Source: Prorocentrum cordatum
Taxonomy: Eukaryota
Direction: 5' to 3'
Assembly (NCBI GenBank): GCA_963575745.1
Contig: CAUYUJ010000004.1
Span: 124,001 to 188,000, forward strand
Length of the DNA stretch: 64,000 nt
Of this stretch, positions 12,581 through 24,758 are shown piece by piece. The notes under the pieces are model-generated. The model worked only from the letters and a program-made list of their open reading frames with translations. It was not told the origin of the DNA and made no database searches. Position numbers and translations under genes: made by a program. Within the stretch, counting starts at the first letter, position 1, and every line of letters starts with the position of its first letter.

Positions 12581-15232
12581 GAACATTATTAATTCTAAAG
12601 AATAATTATTGTTGGGCCCCCTGGTGCACGCCCCCCCTGCGCCGCCTAGGCCGCAGCTACATTTTCATCATTTTCGTGAGGAAGCCTCAGGTAATTCGAT
12701 GTGATCAAGATCCGGTTGTTTTGTTCCCCCCCGCTTTCCCTTGCAAAAAACACTATAAAATGACATTTCTTGTTCTAATATAATCAAATTTCAAGAATCC
12801 CTTGCAAAAAATAAGGTAAAGTGGACATTCGCGCGCGCAAGACGAAATCCTTCCAAAAGCTTAGTGTTCGGAGCGATTTTAACATAACAAAAAACATCAA
12901 AAAACCAATGGTTTTTCAACAAAAAAATGTCAAAATCTCATCCCGCGCGCTCTTGCGGATTCGTAGGAAAACCAACACTTTTTAAACATTTCTGTCAAAC
13001 GGGCTTTTGCGAGCAACTTTTTCGAACTTCTGCGACAACGGTTGCGCACCTGCCAGGGCCATCATCCCTGTCAAATAATACCATGCGGGACACATTCGTT
13101 TTTTTTGCGCGCGCACGCCGAAATCTCCAAAAACCATTGGGTCCTCGAAAAACACCTGCACGTCTTCCCTTGCGAGTACGTATCATGTGTATCATGTGTA
13201 TCATGTACCATATGCATCATATGCAACAGATGTTCTGTGGAAGGCTTAACAACTTCTGTGGGTTAACAAGGCTTAACAACTTCTGTGGGTGTACGAACGT
13301 AGGCTTAACAACTTCTGTGGGTGTGTACTCCACGCCAGTGTAGTAGCCACGGTCGTCCGCAGGCCACGAAGTGAAGTGTCCGAACGTCATAGGGCGGGAA
13401 GCTGGGTGTGGGTGGTGGCGAAGAGTCGTGTGGATATTTGGTAGAGCTTGCACTGCCCCCCCACAAAGTGGGGGTATTGGCTGGCGTCGCATGAAAACCC
13501 TGGCACTGGTGAGAACACTGAGCGTTCGGGTAAAGTGATTGTTGTTGTTGTTGTTGTTGTTGAACTTTCACTATGCGAAAAAACAATTACTGTTGATCCC
13601 TCCCCTCCGGTGACAATATTGTTTTTTCAATTGAAGTATGTCCCCCTGGGCTCGCACCTTGTCTTTTATCAAAAAAGCCACGGGCCTCAAATTGGGCCCT
13701 TGGCCTTTGGTTTACACCAGCACGGGCTCCCGCCTAATATTTCTCCACAGTTTAGTCCCAAATCGCGCTCTCGCGCGGGACTTCGTCACAATTCATGTAC
13801 GCATCGCGCTCTCGCGTGTGACTTCCTCGCAATTTATTCAGACGATGCGCCCTCGGCGCTTAGGAATCACGCTCTCGTTTTGATGTGTTTCACGATTTAC
13901 TTGGGAATATCGCTATCGCTCGAGACTTTTTCGCGGTTCATGCAGGACCCACGCTTCAGCAACCCGCCTGCTCGACCTGGTCGCCTGGGCCCGCCTTCCG
14001 ACCTGCCCGCTATGGGTCTGCCCGACCCATTTGCCCTTTTGGCTCCGCTCTTTGCCACCCTCCTGCTAATTTTTCTCGTGCTCCATTCATCTCCCTCCTT
14101 CCACCCGTCCGCTCTTCCCTTGTTTTAGGGGCTACACTAAATGTGCGTGGCAGGTAAGGAAGATATACTCCCAAAGGGGCTACGATCGAAGACGACGAGG
14201 GCGGGTACCGACGGTGTGGGGGAGACGTATTGGTTGGCACGTGAGCAGATAGGAGCGACCAGTCTGAAAATGCTTGCTGCTGTTGTTGAATGTGAACTAC
14301 TAAGTTGTTATTGTTGGACTCCCCCCAGGCGCCCTGGCGCTCTCGCCCCGGCGCCGGCTACATGTTCATTGAAAATGAGGCTCACGCTCGAGCGTTTCCA
14401 GGGGGCGCCACAACCTCCCCCCAAACAACAACAACAACAACAACAACAACAATTACCCGAACGCGTGGTGTTCTCCCCAGTGCCAGGGTTTTCATACGAC
14501 ACCAGGCAATACCCCCACTTCGTGGGGGGGCATTACAAGCTCTACCAAATATCCAAACGACTCTTCGCGACCACCCAAACCCAGCTTCCCGCCCTATGAC
14601 GTTGGGACACTTCACTTCGTGGCGTGCGGACGACCGTGGCTACTACACTGGCGTGGGGTACACACCCACAGAACCCAATGGTTTTTGGAGATTTCGGCGT
14701 GCGCGCGCGAAGAAAAAACGAATGTGTCCCGCATGGTATTATTTGACAGGGATGATGGCCCTGGCAGGTGCGCAACCGTTGTCGCAGAAGTTCGAAAAAG
14801 TTGCTCGCAAAAGCCCGTTTGACAGAAATGTTTAAAAAGTGTTGGGTTTCCTACGAATCCGCAAGAGCGCGCGGGATGAGATTTTGACATTTTTTTGTTG
14901 AAAAACCATTGGTTTTTTGATGTTTTTATGTTAAAATCGCTCCGAACACTAAGCTTTTGGAAGGATTTCGTCTTGCGCGCGCGAATGTCCACTTTACCTT
15001 ATTTTTTGCAAGGGATTCTTGAAATTTGATTATATTAGAACAAGAAATTTCATTTTATAGTGTTTTTTGCAAGGGAAAGCGGATTACAACAAAACAACCG
15101 GATCTTGATCAACTCGAATTACCTGAGGCTTCCTCACGAAAATGATGAAAATGTAGCTGCGGCCTAGGCGCGGCGGGGGGGGCGCGCACCAGGGGGCCCA
15201 ACAATAATTATTCTTTAGAATTAATAATGTTC
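11758..15232. mobile_element. Three near-identical copies of AT-rich repeat family B: 11758-12520 (+), 12581-13540 (+), 14451-15232 (-)
   Basis: Long near-identical segments, e.g. TTTTTAAACATTTCTGTCAAACGGGCTTTTGCGAGCAAC...; each copy is flanked by (GTT)n/(CAA)n. Confidence 0.9.
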
Positions 15233-15285
<53 letters not shown>

Positions 15286-15699
15286 CCATTTTAAGGCTGT
15301 ACGCTCTTACTTGCCCGCGAGTCATTCAACACGTATACCCTACACCCTCGAAACCCGCCCTCTTCGTCTTCGATCACACCCCTTTCGGGGGGATTATTTC
15401 TCTTTGCTGGGGCCGGCGGGCTTAGACGTACGGGCAAACCGGAACGGGCGGACAATCCTTCGGGGGCGTACATCTCTCTGCCCGCCATTGGAATTGGCAC
15501 GGGCCCTGCAAGAGGAGGAGGGGAAGAACGAGGGAGAGTGGGAGGAAGGGGAGGGGGAAGGACGAAGGAAGAGGGAAGATACCACGTTGTGAAGGCGTCC
15601 TTGGCGCGTGCGTGGTTCCTGAGCGCCGAAACGCAATTCCAGAATAATTTGTGAAGACGTCGCACGCGAGAGCGCAGTCCTGAGTACATTGTGAGGAAA

Positions 15700-16082
15700 T
15701 CTCGGGCGGGAGCGGGGGCCCTGACTAAGTTGCGAGGAAGTCTCAAGCGGGAGCGCCGTTCCTGAGCAAATTGCACGGAAGTCTCAGGCGGGAGCGGGGG
15801 TCCTCACTAAATTGCGAGGAAGTCTCAGGCGGGAGCGCCGTTCCTGAGTCAATTGCGCGGAAATGTCAAGCAGGAGCGGGGGTCCTGAGTAAAATTCGAA
15901 GAAGTCTCAGGCGGGAGCGCCGTTCCCACGTAAATTGCACGGAAGTCTCAGGCGGGAGCGGGGGTCTTGATTACATTGCGAGGAAGTCTCAGACGGGAGC
16001 GCCTTTCCTGAGTAAATTGCGCGGAAGTCTCAGGCGGGAGCGGGGGTCCTGAGTAAAAATCGAGGAAGTCTCAGGCGGGAGC
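15700..16082. repeat. 41-bp tandem repeat with alternating A/B units inside a family A copy
   Basis: GCGGGAGCG[GGGGTCCT or CCGTTCCT]GAGTAAATTGCGNGGAAGTCTCAG, about 9-10 units. Confidence 0.85.
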
Positions 16083-16320
16083 CGTTGTTGTTGTAGCCCG
16101 GGGGGCAGGGGCACAGTTTGAGCAGGAAGACTTTCCTTGAGAAAAAACAAGGTGCGAGCCCCGGGGGTGGCACTTCAATCGAAAAAAATCAATGTGCACC
16201 GGTGGGGGGGGATCAACAATAATTATTCTTCAAGAATGAGAGTTCAACAACAACAGCAACAACAACGACAACAACAACAACACCACCACCAACAACACCA
16301 ACAACAACAACAACAACACC

Positions 16321-16359
<39 letters not shown>

Positions 16360-16384
16360 ACCAACAACAACACCAACAACAACA

Positions 16385-17440
16385 ACGCTCCTGCTCGATA
16401 TTTTTTTTCTTCAGGGCTGGTGCTCTTGCTCGCCGCCGAAAGCCGCCGCCCCAACAAAACCAGCGTTCCCGCTCGGGACCTCCTCCCGTTCTACCTTGGA
16501 CTGGCGCGCTGCTCTTTCTCTCATCGGCGCCGCCCCCAGCAAAAACAACGCCCCCGTTCGAGACCTCTTCATTTTTTTACTCAAGGCGGTGCTCCTCCTC
16601 GCCGCCGAAGACCTCCGTCCCAACAAAACCAGCGTTCCCGCTCGAGACCTCCTCCCGTTTTACCTTGGACTGGCGCGCTACTCTTTCTCTCATCGGCACC
16701 TCCCCCAGCAAAAGCAACGATCACGCTCGAGAACTCCTCATTTTTTACCCAAGGCGGTGCTCCTCTTCGCCGCCGAAAACCGCCGTCCTGACAAAAGCAG
16801 CTCTCCCGCCCGAGGCTACCTCCTGTTTTACGTTGGACTGGCGCCCGACTCTCGTTTGAATTGGCGCCGCTCCCAGCAAGAATAACGCTCCCGCTCGAGG
16901 TTTCTTTTTTTTTTGTTTCCTTTCCTCGGGACGGTGCTGTTTCTCGCCGCCAACAGCCCCCGTCCCGACAAAACCACGGTTCCCGCTCGAGGCTTCTTCC
17001 CTTCTTACTCAAGGCGGTGTTCCTCCTCGCCGCCGAAAGCCGCCGTCCCAACAAAACAGCGCTCCTGCTCCGGACTTCCTCCCGTTTTACCTTGGACTGG
17101 CGCGCTGCTCTTTCTCTCATCGGCGCCGCCCCCAGCAAAAACAACGCTCCCGTTCGAGACCTCTTCATTTTTTACCCAAGGCGGTGCTGTTTCTCGCCGC
17201 CGAAAACTGCCGTCCCAACAAAACCAGTGCTCCCGCTCGAGACTTCGTTTTGTTTTACGTTGGACTGGCGCCCTACTCTATTCAGCATTGGCGCTGCTCC
17301 CAGCAACAACAGCGGCCCTGCTCGAGACTTCCTCCCTTTCTACTCAGGGCCAGGTCCTCGCCTCGCCGCCGACAGCCCCCATTCCCACCAAGGCAATGCT
17401 GTCGCTCGATACTTCCTTTTGCTTTACCCTTGGCTGGGGC
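16385..17440. repeat. Modular tandem repeat (CGCCGCCGAAA...CCCAACAAAAC...CCCGCTCGAGAC...TTGGACTGGCGC)
   Basis: About 6 degenerate units of roughly 140-240 bp. Confidence 0.8.
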
Positions 17441-18222
17441 GCCACTGACGGTCTCGCATCGGCGCAGCAAGGCGCGGGCATGTGTTTTCGAGCCCGCATA
17501 TGTTGAAACTCCTCGGAGGAGGTGTTTGCAAGACCTCATTGGGCGGGAGATCTGGCAATGGGAATAACGGACCCCGCTGTAGAACATGAGTCCACCATGC
17601 ATGGGGATGGTTATCATGATGGTCGCATGCTTCGTGTGGAAACATCGCGCATGAGGGTAAAATGATTGTTGTTGTTGTTGAGCTCTCACTATTGACGAAT
17701 GTTCTTGTTGATCCCCCCCTCCGGTGCACATTGTATTTTTCAATTGAAGTGCCCCTCCCGGCGCTCGCACTTTGTTTTTTATCAGGGAAAGCCTTCCTCC
17801 TCAAGTTGGGCCCCTGGCCCCCAGTTTACAACAACAACAACGGCTCCCGCTTGATACTTCCTCGAAATTTACCCCGGTCCCCCGCTCCCGCTTACTTCTT
17901 CGCAATTTACTCAAGAATCGCGCTCCCGCTTGAGACTTCCGCGCAATTTACTCAGGCGCCGCGCTCTTGCCATTCAGGAATCGCGCGTTCGCTGAGGACT
18001 TCCTCAAATTTTCTTAGGAATCGTTCTCTCGCTGGAAACATCCTGGCTAATCACACAGAGATCACGAAGAAATCGATACCCACCAAAAGTGGTATGATCG
18101 AAAACGAAGAGGGCGGTTATCGAGGGTTCGGGAGATGCACGCTGAATGACACTCGAGCATATAAGAGCGAACGGTATTAAAATGATTGTTGTTGCTGTTG
18201 TTGTTGTAATTGTTGTTGTTGC

Positions 18223-18268
<46 letters not shown>

Positions 18269-19799
18269 CTTGTTGTTGTTGGGGGGTTGGCGCACCCCCG
18301 AAACGCTTGAGCGTGAACTTGATTCTCAAAGGGAACGCAGCCGTCGCCGAGGCGAGAGTTTCAGGGCACCTCTAGGGGATCCAACAATAATGATTATTGG
18401 TTAGGAAGTAAGATTCAACAACAACAACAGCCACAACAACAACGATCAGTTAATGAAGGTTCACTCTTATCTGCTCGCGTGCCATTTAACACGCATGTCC
18501 CAAACCCTCGATTTCCGTCCTGATCGTGTTCGACCGTCCCCACTTCCTTACGTGCAACGTGTATTTCGTATAGCACCGAAGGCAGGGGAAGAGAGGAAGG
18601 ATGGAAGGAAGGGACAAGTGGCAGGCGGGTTGCTGAAGCGTGGGTCCAGCATGAATCGTGAAGAAGTATCGAGCGATATCGCGATTCCCAAACAAATCGT
18701 GAGGAAAACCGAAGCGAGAGCGTGATTCCTCAGTGTCGAGGGCGGAGCGTCTGAATGATTGCGAGGAGGTCGCACGCGAGAGCGCGATTCCTGTATAGCT
18801 TGTGAAGGAGTCCCGCGCGAAATCGCGATGTGGGAATACAGTGCAAGGAAGAAGCAGGCGGGAACCATTGTTGTTGTTGTTGTTGTTGTAGTTGGGGCCC
18901 AACTATTTAGTTGGGTTGAACAACTGCGATGGTTACGGGGCAGGGGGAACAACAACAGTTATTGCTTAGAAATGATATTTCAACAACGCCGACGGCTCCA
19001 GGTCGAGACGTCCTCGCCATTTGTGCATTCCACGCAGGGTATCACAGAGATCTCCCACAAGGGGATTCCTGAAGGATTCTTGAGGGATTCCTGAAGGATA
19101 GCCGAAGGATTTGCTAGGGATTCCTGAAGGATTGCTGTTGGCTCCCCAGGATTCGTAAAAGGATCCCTGAGGGATTCTTCAGGGAGCCCTCCAGAATCTG
19201 ATGGAACCCCGAAGCATTTCCCAGGATTCCTGAGGAATTCGGGATGGTCCAGCAAGGATTCTTGAAGATTATCGGAGGACTCCTGAGGATTCTTACGGGA
19301 TGTCTGGATCCCTCGAGGATTCCAGAGGATTTCGGGGTAGTTCCTGGGGAATCCTCAGGGATTCCGAATGGATTCCGGAGGGAATCCACCAAGGATTCTT
19401 CATGAGGGAATCGTACGGATTCCTGAGGGTTCCCTGAGGAGCTCGAAGGGATTCTTGGGGATGCCGCTACGATTCTTCAGGGATGCAGAAGGGAGTCCTG
19501 GAACTTCTCGAGGCTTCCTGACTTTATCCTGGCGAGGATGATGGGGGTGGTCGCGATGATGATGATAATGATACTGATGATAGTCATGCTGATGATGGTC
19601 ATGATGATAATTCGTGATGCTAATGATGATGGTGATGGTGATGATGATGGTGGTCATCGTTATGATGGTCAGTGTAATGATGATGCTGGTGATGATGATT
19701 ATGGTGATGATGCTGGTGATGATCATGATGATGTTGGTGATGGTGAGGATGACGATGATGGTTGGGGTGATGATGTTAAAAATGATGGTGGTGATGCTC

Positions 19800-20160
19800 G
19801 ATCTGGGATCTGGTCAAGTATAATCAGTTTTTTGCAGAGTCCGATCGGAATTCAAGCGGAACCAGTTGGGTCTGTGATCTTTTCACTCTCAATTATGTAT
19901 TAATTATAATGCAATAGGAGAAAAGAGGAGTCCGCTGGATATGGAATTTGATGAATTTTAATTGGAATTTAATTACGTACCAATCAGAATCATATTGGAA
20001 CCAGCTGGATCTGTGATCTGCTCAACTCGAATGAGATTTAATTCGTGTCCAATGGGAATTTAGGTCGTATCAGCTGGATCTGACATGGATCAGTTCTAAC
20101 TACATTGTAATTCGGCTTTGGAACCAGCTGGATCTGGGATCTGATCAATTCTGATTACAT
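19800..20160. repeat. Degenerate tandem repeat with ACCAGCTGGATCTG core
   Basis: Core motif occurs about 5 times in AT-rich context. Confidence 0.65.
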
Positions 20161-20878
20161 ATTCATTCGAATACAGTAAGAACTCACTTAATTGTGGTCT
20201 GCTCAATGGTCATTCCTCTGCAGTAAAGATTCGAAAAGGAATCCAAGTGGAATCAGCTCCTAATTCAAGGTTCGAGCGGTTTCCCTTTTCCCTCATCTTC
20301 GGGTGGCCATTGGAAACCCAATCCAACTGCAACGCCTTCCTATTTCGTTATTCTGCCTACTTCTTCCAGCCGGTAGTTATCTAGGGACAGGAAGGGCGCA
20401 AAGTTCCGGAGATTGAAGGGGGCGATTCTTAGAGGACGCGTGCGACGAGGGGATGGGGTCGGCCTTAGAACGCACCACCTTCTCTGGATTCCATCATAAG
20501 CACCTCCCCCGTGCCATCCTGACAGGCAGCACGTTCCGACCCCCCCACGCGCCCCGACGGAAACTGCCCGTCGACCCCCCCACCCACCCATCCAACCCCC
20601 TTCTCCCCTTGCGCAAAAAGACGACGGCTTACCAAAGCTGCCCCCCCCCCACACACACACACACCCCGCGGCAGATGGACAAGACGGACCCCCCCCACGC
20701 GGGACGACGCCGCAGCATCAAAATTTGCACGCCCCCACGCCCCCCGTGGGACAACCCATCTCCGCCCCCCCAACGCGATCCAGCCCTCGCACGCTCATTC
20801 TGGAATCCGGCAGAGGAGCCTTCTGACCCTCCCCAGCGTGCACGAGGCACGGTGAAGGATCGATGCATTGACAGGATA

Positions 20879-21067
20879 CGGTAGGTTCGCGTCGTGTCGA
20901 CCGGCGGCGCCCCCGCCGCCAGGCGTTCAAAGTTGAACGCCGCCAGCGACCCAGAATCCGTCGATGTTGAACTATCGGACGTTTCGGAAACGGCCGATCG
21001 TTCAAGGTTGAACGATCCGCACGGTGTCCAGAACCAACGCCAGGGTCGACACGACACGAACCTGCCG
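20879..21067. mobile_element. 189-bp foldback MITE with 24-bp TIRs and probable TA target duplication (Tc1/mariner-like)
   Basis: TA|CGGTAGGTTCGCGTCGTGTCGACC ... GGTCGACACGACACGAACCTGCCG|TA (22/24 complementary), plus four internal hairpins. Confidence 0.75.
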
Positions 21068-21289
21068 TACGCAGGGCTACCGTGAGTTGCCGCAGATTAG
21101 GGGGACAAACAATGACATGACAAAAAACTCAGAGGTCCGCGTGGATGTCTCGGATCGGCGCTGGACCCCCAGAGGCGGCAACGGAGACGCCGTCCGAGTT
21201 CTTGGCTGGCTTCCCTGAGACAGGACGCGCAGGGGCCCCGTGAGTTGCCGCGTCACGCCTCCCCCCCCCGCCCCGCCCCAACCCACCGC

Positions 21290-22300
21290 GGGAGAGAGGA
21301 GCGAGGAGCGAAGAGCGAGGAGCGAGGAGCGAGGAGCGAGAGGCCAGGAGCGAGGAGCCAGGAGCCAGGAGCAAGGAGCGAGGAGCGAGGAGGAGGAATA
21401 GGAGGAATAGGTAGGAGGAGGAGAAGGAGGAGGAGGAGGAGGTGGAGGAGGAACAGGAGGAGGAGGAGGAGGAACAGGAGGAGGAGGAAGGAACAGGAGG
21501 GGAGGAGGAGGAGGAGGAGGAGGAGGGGAGGAGGAGGAGGAGGGAGGGAGGATGATAGGAGGAGGAGGAGGAGGATGTAGGACCAGGAGGAATAGGAGGA
21601 GGAGAGGAGGGGAAGGAATAGGAGGAGGAGGAGGAGCGAGGGGAGGAGGAGGAGGAGGAGGAGGAGGAGGAGGAGGAGGAGGGAGGGGAGGAGGCGGAGG
21701 AGGGGAGGAGGTGGAGGAGGAGGAGGAGGAGGAGGGAAGGAGAGGAGGAGAGCGCCCAGGCGGCGTGCTCGCGCTCCGCGGCTCGGTGCTGCCGAGTGCA
21801 TCACGGTCTCCCCGCCGGGCGCGGCCCGGCGGCCACGGGCGCGCGCCGCGGGCGTGCAGGCGCCCGCCCTGCGCCCCCGCTGCTACGCCGGGTGGGTGGG
21901 TGGCCGCAGCCGCCGCGCGGATGGCGCTGCGCCTGCGCCCCGCTGCCGTACCGCCGCGGCTCGGCGCGGCCTGCCGCGGCCTCAGGTCCTCTCGGGGGGC
22001 CCGTGGCCAGAGGGTCCGATGGCGTGTTTCGGTGGAGGAGGAGGAGGAGGAGGAGAGGAGGGAGGAGTAGGAGGAGGAGGGAGGAGGAGGAGGAGGAGGA
22101 GGATTGGGAGGGAGGATGGAGGGTGACGGGGAGGAGGAGGAGGAGGGAGGGAGGAGGTGGGAGGAGGGTGGAGGTCCGAGAAGGGAGGAAGGAGGAGGTG
22201 GAGGAGGAGGAGGAGGAGGAGGAGGAGGAGGAGGAGATGAGGAGGAGGAGGAGGAGGAGGAGGAGGAGGAGGAGGAGGAGGAGGAGGGAGGAGGGAGGGC
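21290..22300. repeat. (GGA)n and GAGCGAG tracts flanking the small exon
   Basis: Direct observation. Confidence 0.9.
21760..21805 (+). CDS. Next exon of the same carboxylesterase gene (3' boundary uncertain, about 21795-21805)
   Basis: ccAG|gcggcgtgctcgcgctccgcggctcggtgctgccg is phase-1 compatible with the exon ending at 721. The join reads ...PFTV-GGVLALRGSVLP, the expected 'LGGVVALSG' strand. GGCGG is repeated at both junctions (721-725 and 21759-21763). Confidence 0.6.
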
Positions 22301-22707
22301 GTGATTCGGAGGTTGATAGTCAGGAGTTCTCTTGGGCCATCTTAGGGCCATCTTGATGCCTCAACAGCGCATCAGAAGCGAAAAGGCCAGAAGGCAAGCA
22401 TCAGCGATATCCCTGAGGCGTTCGAATGCTTCTGGCTTCTCGGGGAGGTCCTAAGGGGTCGCCAGACGCTCCTGGAAACATTTTGTGGCTCTCTTGGGCC
22501 TCCTGGAGGCGTATTGGAACCCACCTCGAACGATCTTGCAGTACCTTGAAGCATCTTGGAGTCAGGGGGGGAAAAACACACAGACACAATTAATCGTCGA
22601 TTCCCCAGAAAATATGGGAACATATGGGAAGTGTGGGGGGGGGGGGGGAAGACAGAAACTAGGAAAATAGCGGAAAATATGGGGAATCTGGTTATTTGTG
22701 TATATTT

Positions 22708-23412
22708 CCCTACCTAGGCTCTGCCTAGAAGGGTTCTTACTCGGAGGCTTAAAGGGCCGGGCAGTGGATCGCGCCCCGGGCGGTTGCCCCGGCATCCGCC
22801 CCGCGGTTCCCCCAGTGACGTTCCCTTAGCTTCGCGTTGCTTATCTCATCTTAGCTTAGCTTATTTCATCTTACCTTAGCTTAGCTTCATCTTACCTCAG
22901 TTTTATCTTAGCTTAGCTTACCTTCATCTTAGCTTCGCTGAGCTTTAGCATAGCAGAGCACAGCATAGCATAGCGTAGCATAGCATAGCGCAGCATCGCA
23001 TATCATAGCATGTGTGTAATTCCCTACCTAGGCTCTGCCTAGAGGGTTAGCTTAGCTTAGCTTAGCTTAGTTTAACTTAGCATAGCGCAGCGCTGCATTA
23101 GCATCACATAGCATAGCATAACATAGCCAAGCATAGCATAGCATAGCATTGCGCAGCATAGCATAATATAGCATCGCATAGCGCAGCTTAGCATAGCATA
23201 GCTAAGCTTAAAGGGCCGGGCAGTGGGGCTCGCCCCAGGTGGTTCCCACGGCATCCGCCCCGCGGTTCCCCCAGTGACGTTCCCTTAGCTTCGCGTTGCT
23301 TATCTCATCTTAGCTTATCTTATTTCATCTTAGCTTAGCTTCATATTAGCTTAGCTTAGCTTAGCTTCATATAAGTGTTAGCTACATTAGATCCTCCAAC
23401 TCCTAGGTAGGG
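22708..23412. repeat. Tandemly duplicated element with (CTTAG)n/(GCATA)n pentamer satellites
   Basis: CCCTACCTAGGCTCTGCCTAGA at 22708 and 23022; GCTTAAAGGGCCGGGCAGTGG...TTCCCTTAGCTTCGCGTTGC occurs twice; CCTAGGTAGGG at 23402-23412. Confidence 0.75.
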
Positions 23413-23997
23413 TCGCACTGGGATATCAATTTGCGTGTCCCAGTTCCCCTTCAGATAGACCTCCTGCCCTGACGCGTCGATTGAGGAGTTGGCCGTTCTC
23501 GGTTCGCGGGAGGGCGTCGCGGCCGTCGTTTCTGCGGGTTCAGGTCCGTCGGCTTCGGTCCCGGGCCGTTGTCACTAAGGGGAGGTTTGCTCAAGGGAGG
23601 TTTGTCCACCGCCGAACGTGGTCTTTTCAGGCCGGCGTCGTTTCCTGGACGTCGGCCTCCGGCGCCCGTTCTCTCGGCCCCCCGGGGGCCAGCAGACGTG
23701 GATCTGGATCGAAGGGCCCTCCCGGGGGGAGGGGTCGGGGCCTGGGGCCGCAGCTGGAAAGAAGTCGTGTCGGCGGATGTCAGGAGGCTTTGGAGCCGTC
23801 GGCGACGTCGGCGGGTCCCCTCCGCCGAGCAGGCCGGGCCCCATCCCGGAAGGAGCCCCGTCGGCCCACTGCCGGCCACAGGCGGCCCCTAAGGGCCCCC
23901 CCTCAGCAGCCCCTCGGCCGCCTCAGCAGAGGGGAGCGCGTCCCGCTGGTGCCTCTCGTGGGCTCTACGCGCCCCCCGGGCGCCTCTCCAGGCAGTC

Positions 23998-24170
23998 GCT
24001 TTCACTACGCCGGCAGGTTTGCCACCCATGGACTCGCAAGTGCGTTAGTCTCCTTGGTCCTTGTTTCAAGACGGGTCGAATGTGACCATTTAGTCATCGC
24101 CTTTGTGTCAAGGAAGTGCCCAAGGCACCAGGGTCGCTCGCCAGTGGCAAGCCAGGACGTGACGAGCTCT
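23998..24170 (-). pseudogene. Degenerate fragment of 28S (LSU) rRNA spanning the D2 end and D3 start
   Basis: Minus strand reads ...CCTTGACACAAAGGCGATGACTAAATGGTCACATTCGACCCGTCTTGAAACAAGGACCAAGGAGACTAACGCACTTGCGAGT..., versus the universal GACCCGTCTTGAAACACGGACCAAGGAGTCTAAC. No other rRNA core segments are seen nearby. Confidence 0.85.
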
Positions 24171-24758
24171 TCAAGATGCCAAGGCTCTATGCAATGGCTA
24201 GGCTTGTCAGAGACCTAGAGGTCGGCACCAGCACCGAGCGGGGGCGACCCCCCGACCCTGGTGACAGAGGCAGTGCTCAGGCTTGTGAGGTGGTGGGCGA
24301 TGACCGTCACAGTCTCCCCCCTGTGGAGGCGACACCCGAGAATGGGGATGGTTCAACTTCTGGGCCTGCCTCCTGGCACGCTCCCGTATGCTTCTGTCGG
24401 GCTCAACCAGACCCCATTTTAAACTTCGGTGCATTTTGTCATGTTCCGGGTTGTGTATTTTTGTTGCTCGATGTTGTTTTTGCGCGTTTTTCCGCTGGCG
24501 TTGTGGGATGCTCTTCGCGATGCCGCAGCGCACTCTCGGGCCCCGACTCGCTTTGGCCCTGTTGAAGCGACAGCCATTCTGGCGCTTTAAAATATCGGCG
24601 GGGGGTCCTGAAGCAAGCTGCACATGTGACGATCGTTGGGAGGGCAGGTTCAGCCCGAGCTTTTGGGCATCCGTAGCCCTTCGGTCGGTGTGACCCCAAT
24701 CTACCAGTACTATGTGCGCGTCGCCCACCCCAGGGGCGACGCGCGCACCGAGAAATTT

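Noticed and set aside
23998..24170. Functional rRNA gene
   Set aside because: Short, mutated at invariant positions, and without flanking rDNA.
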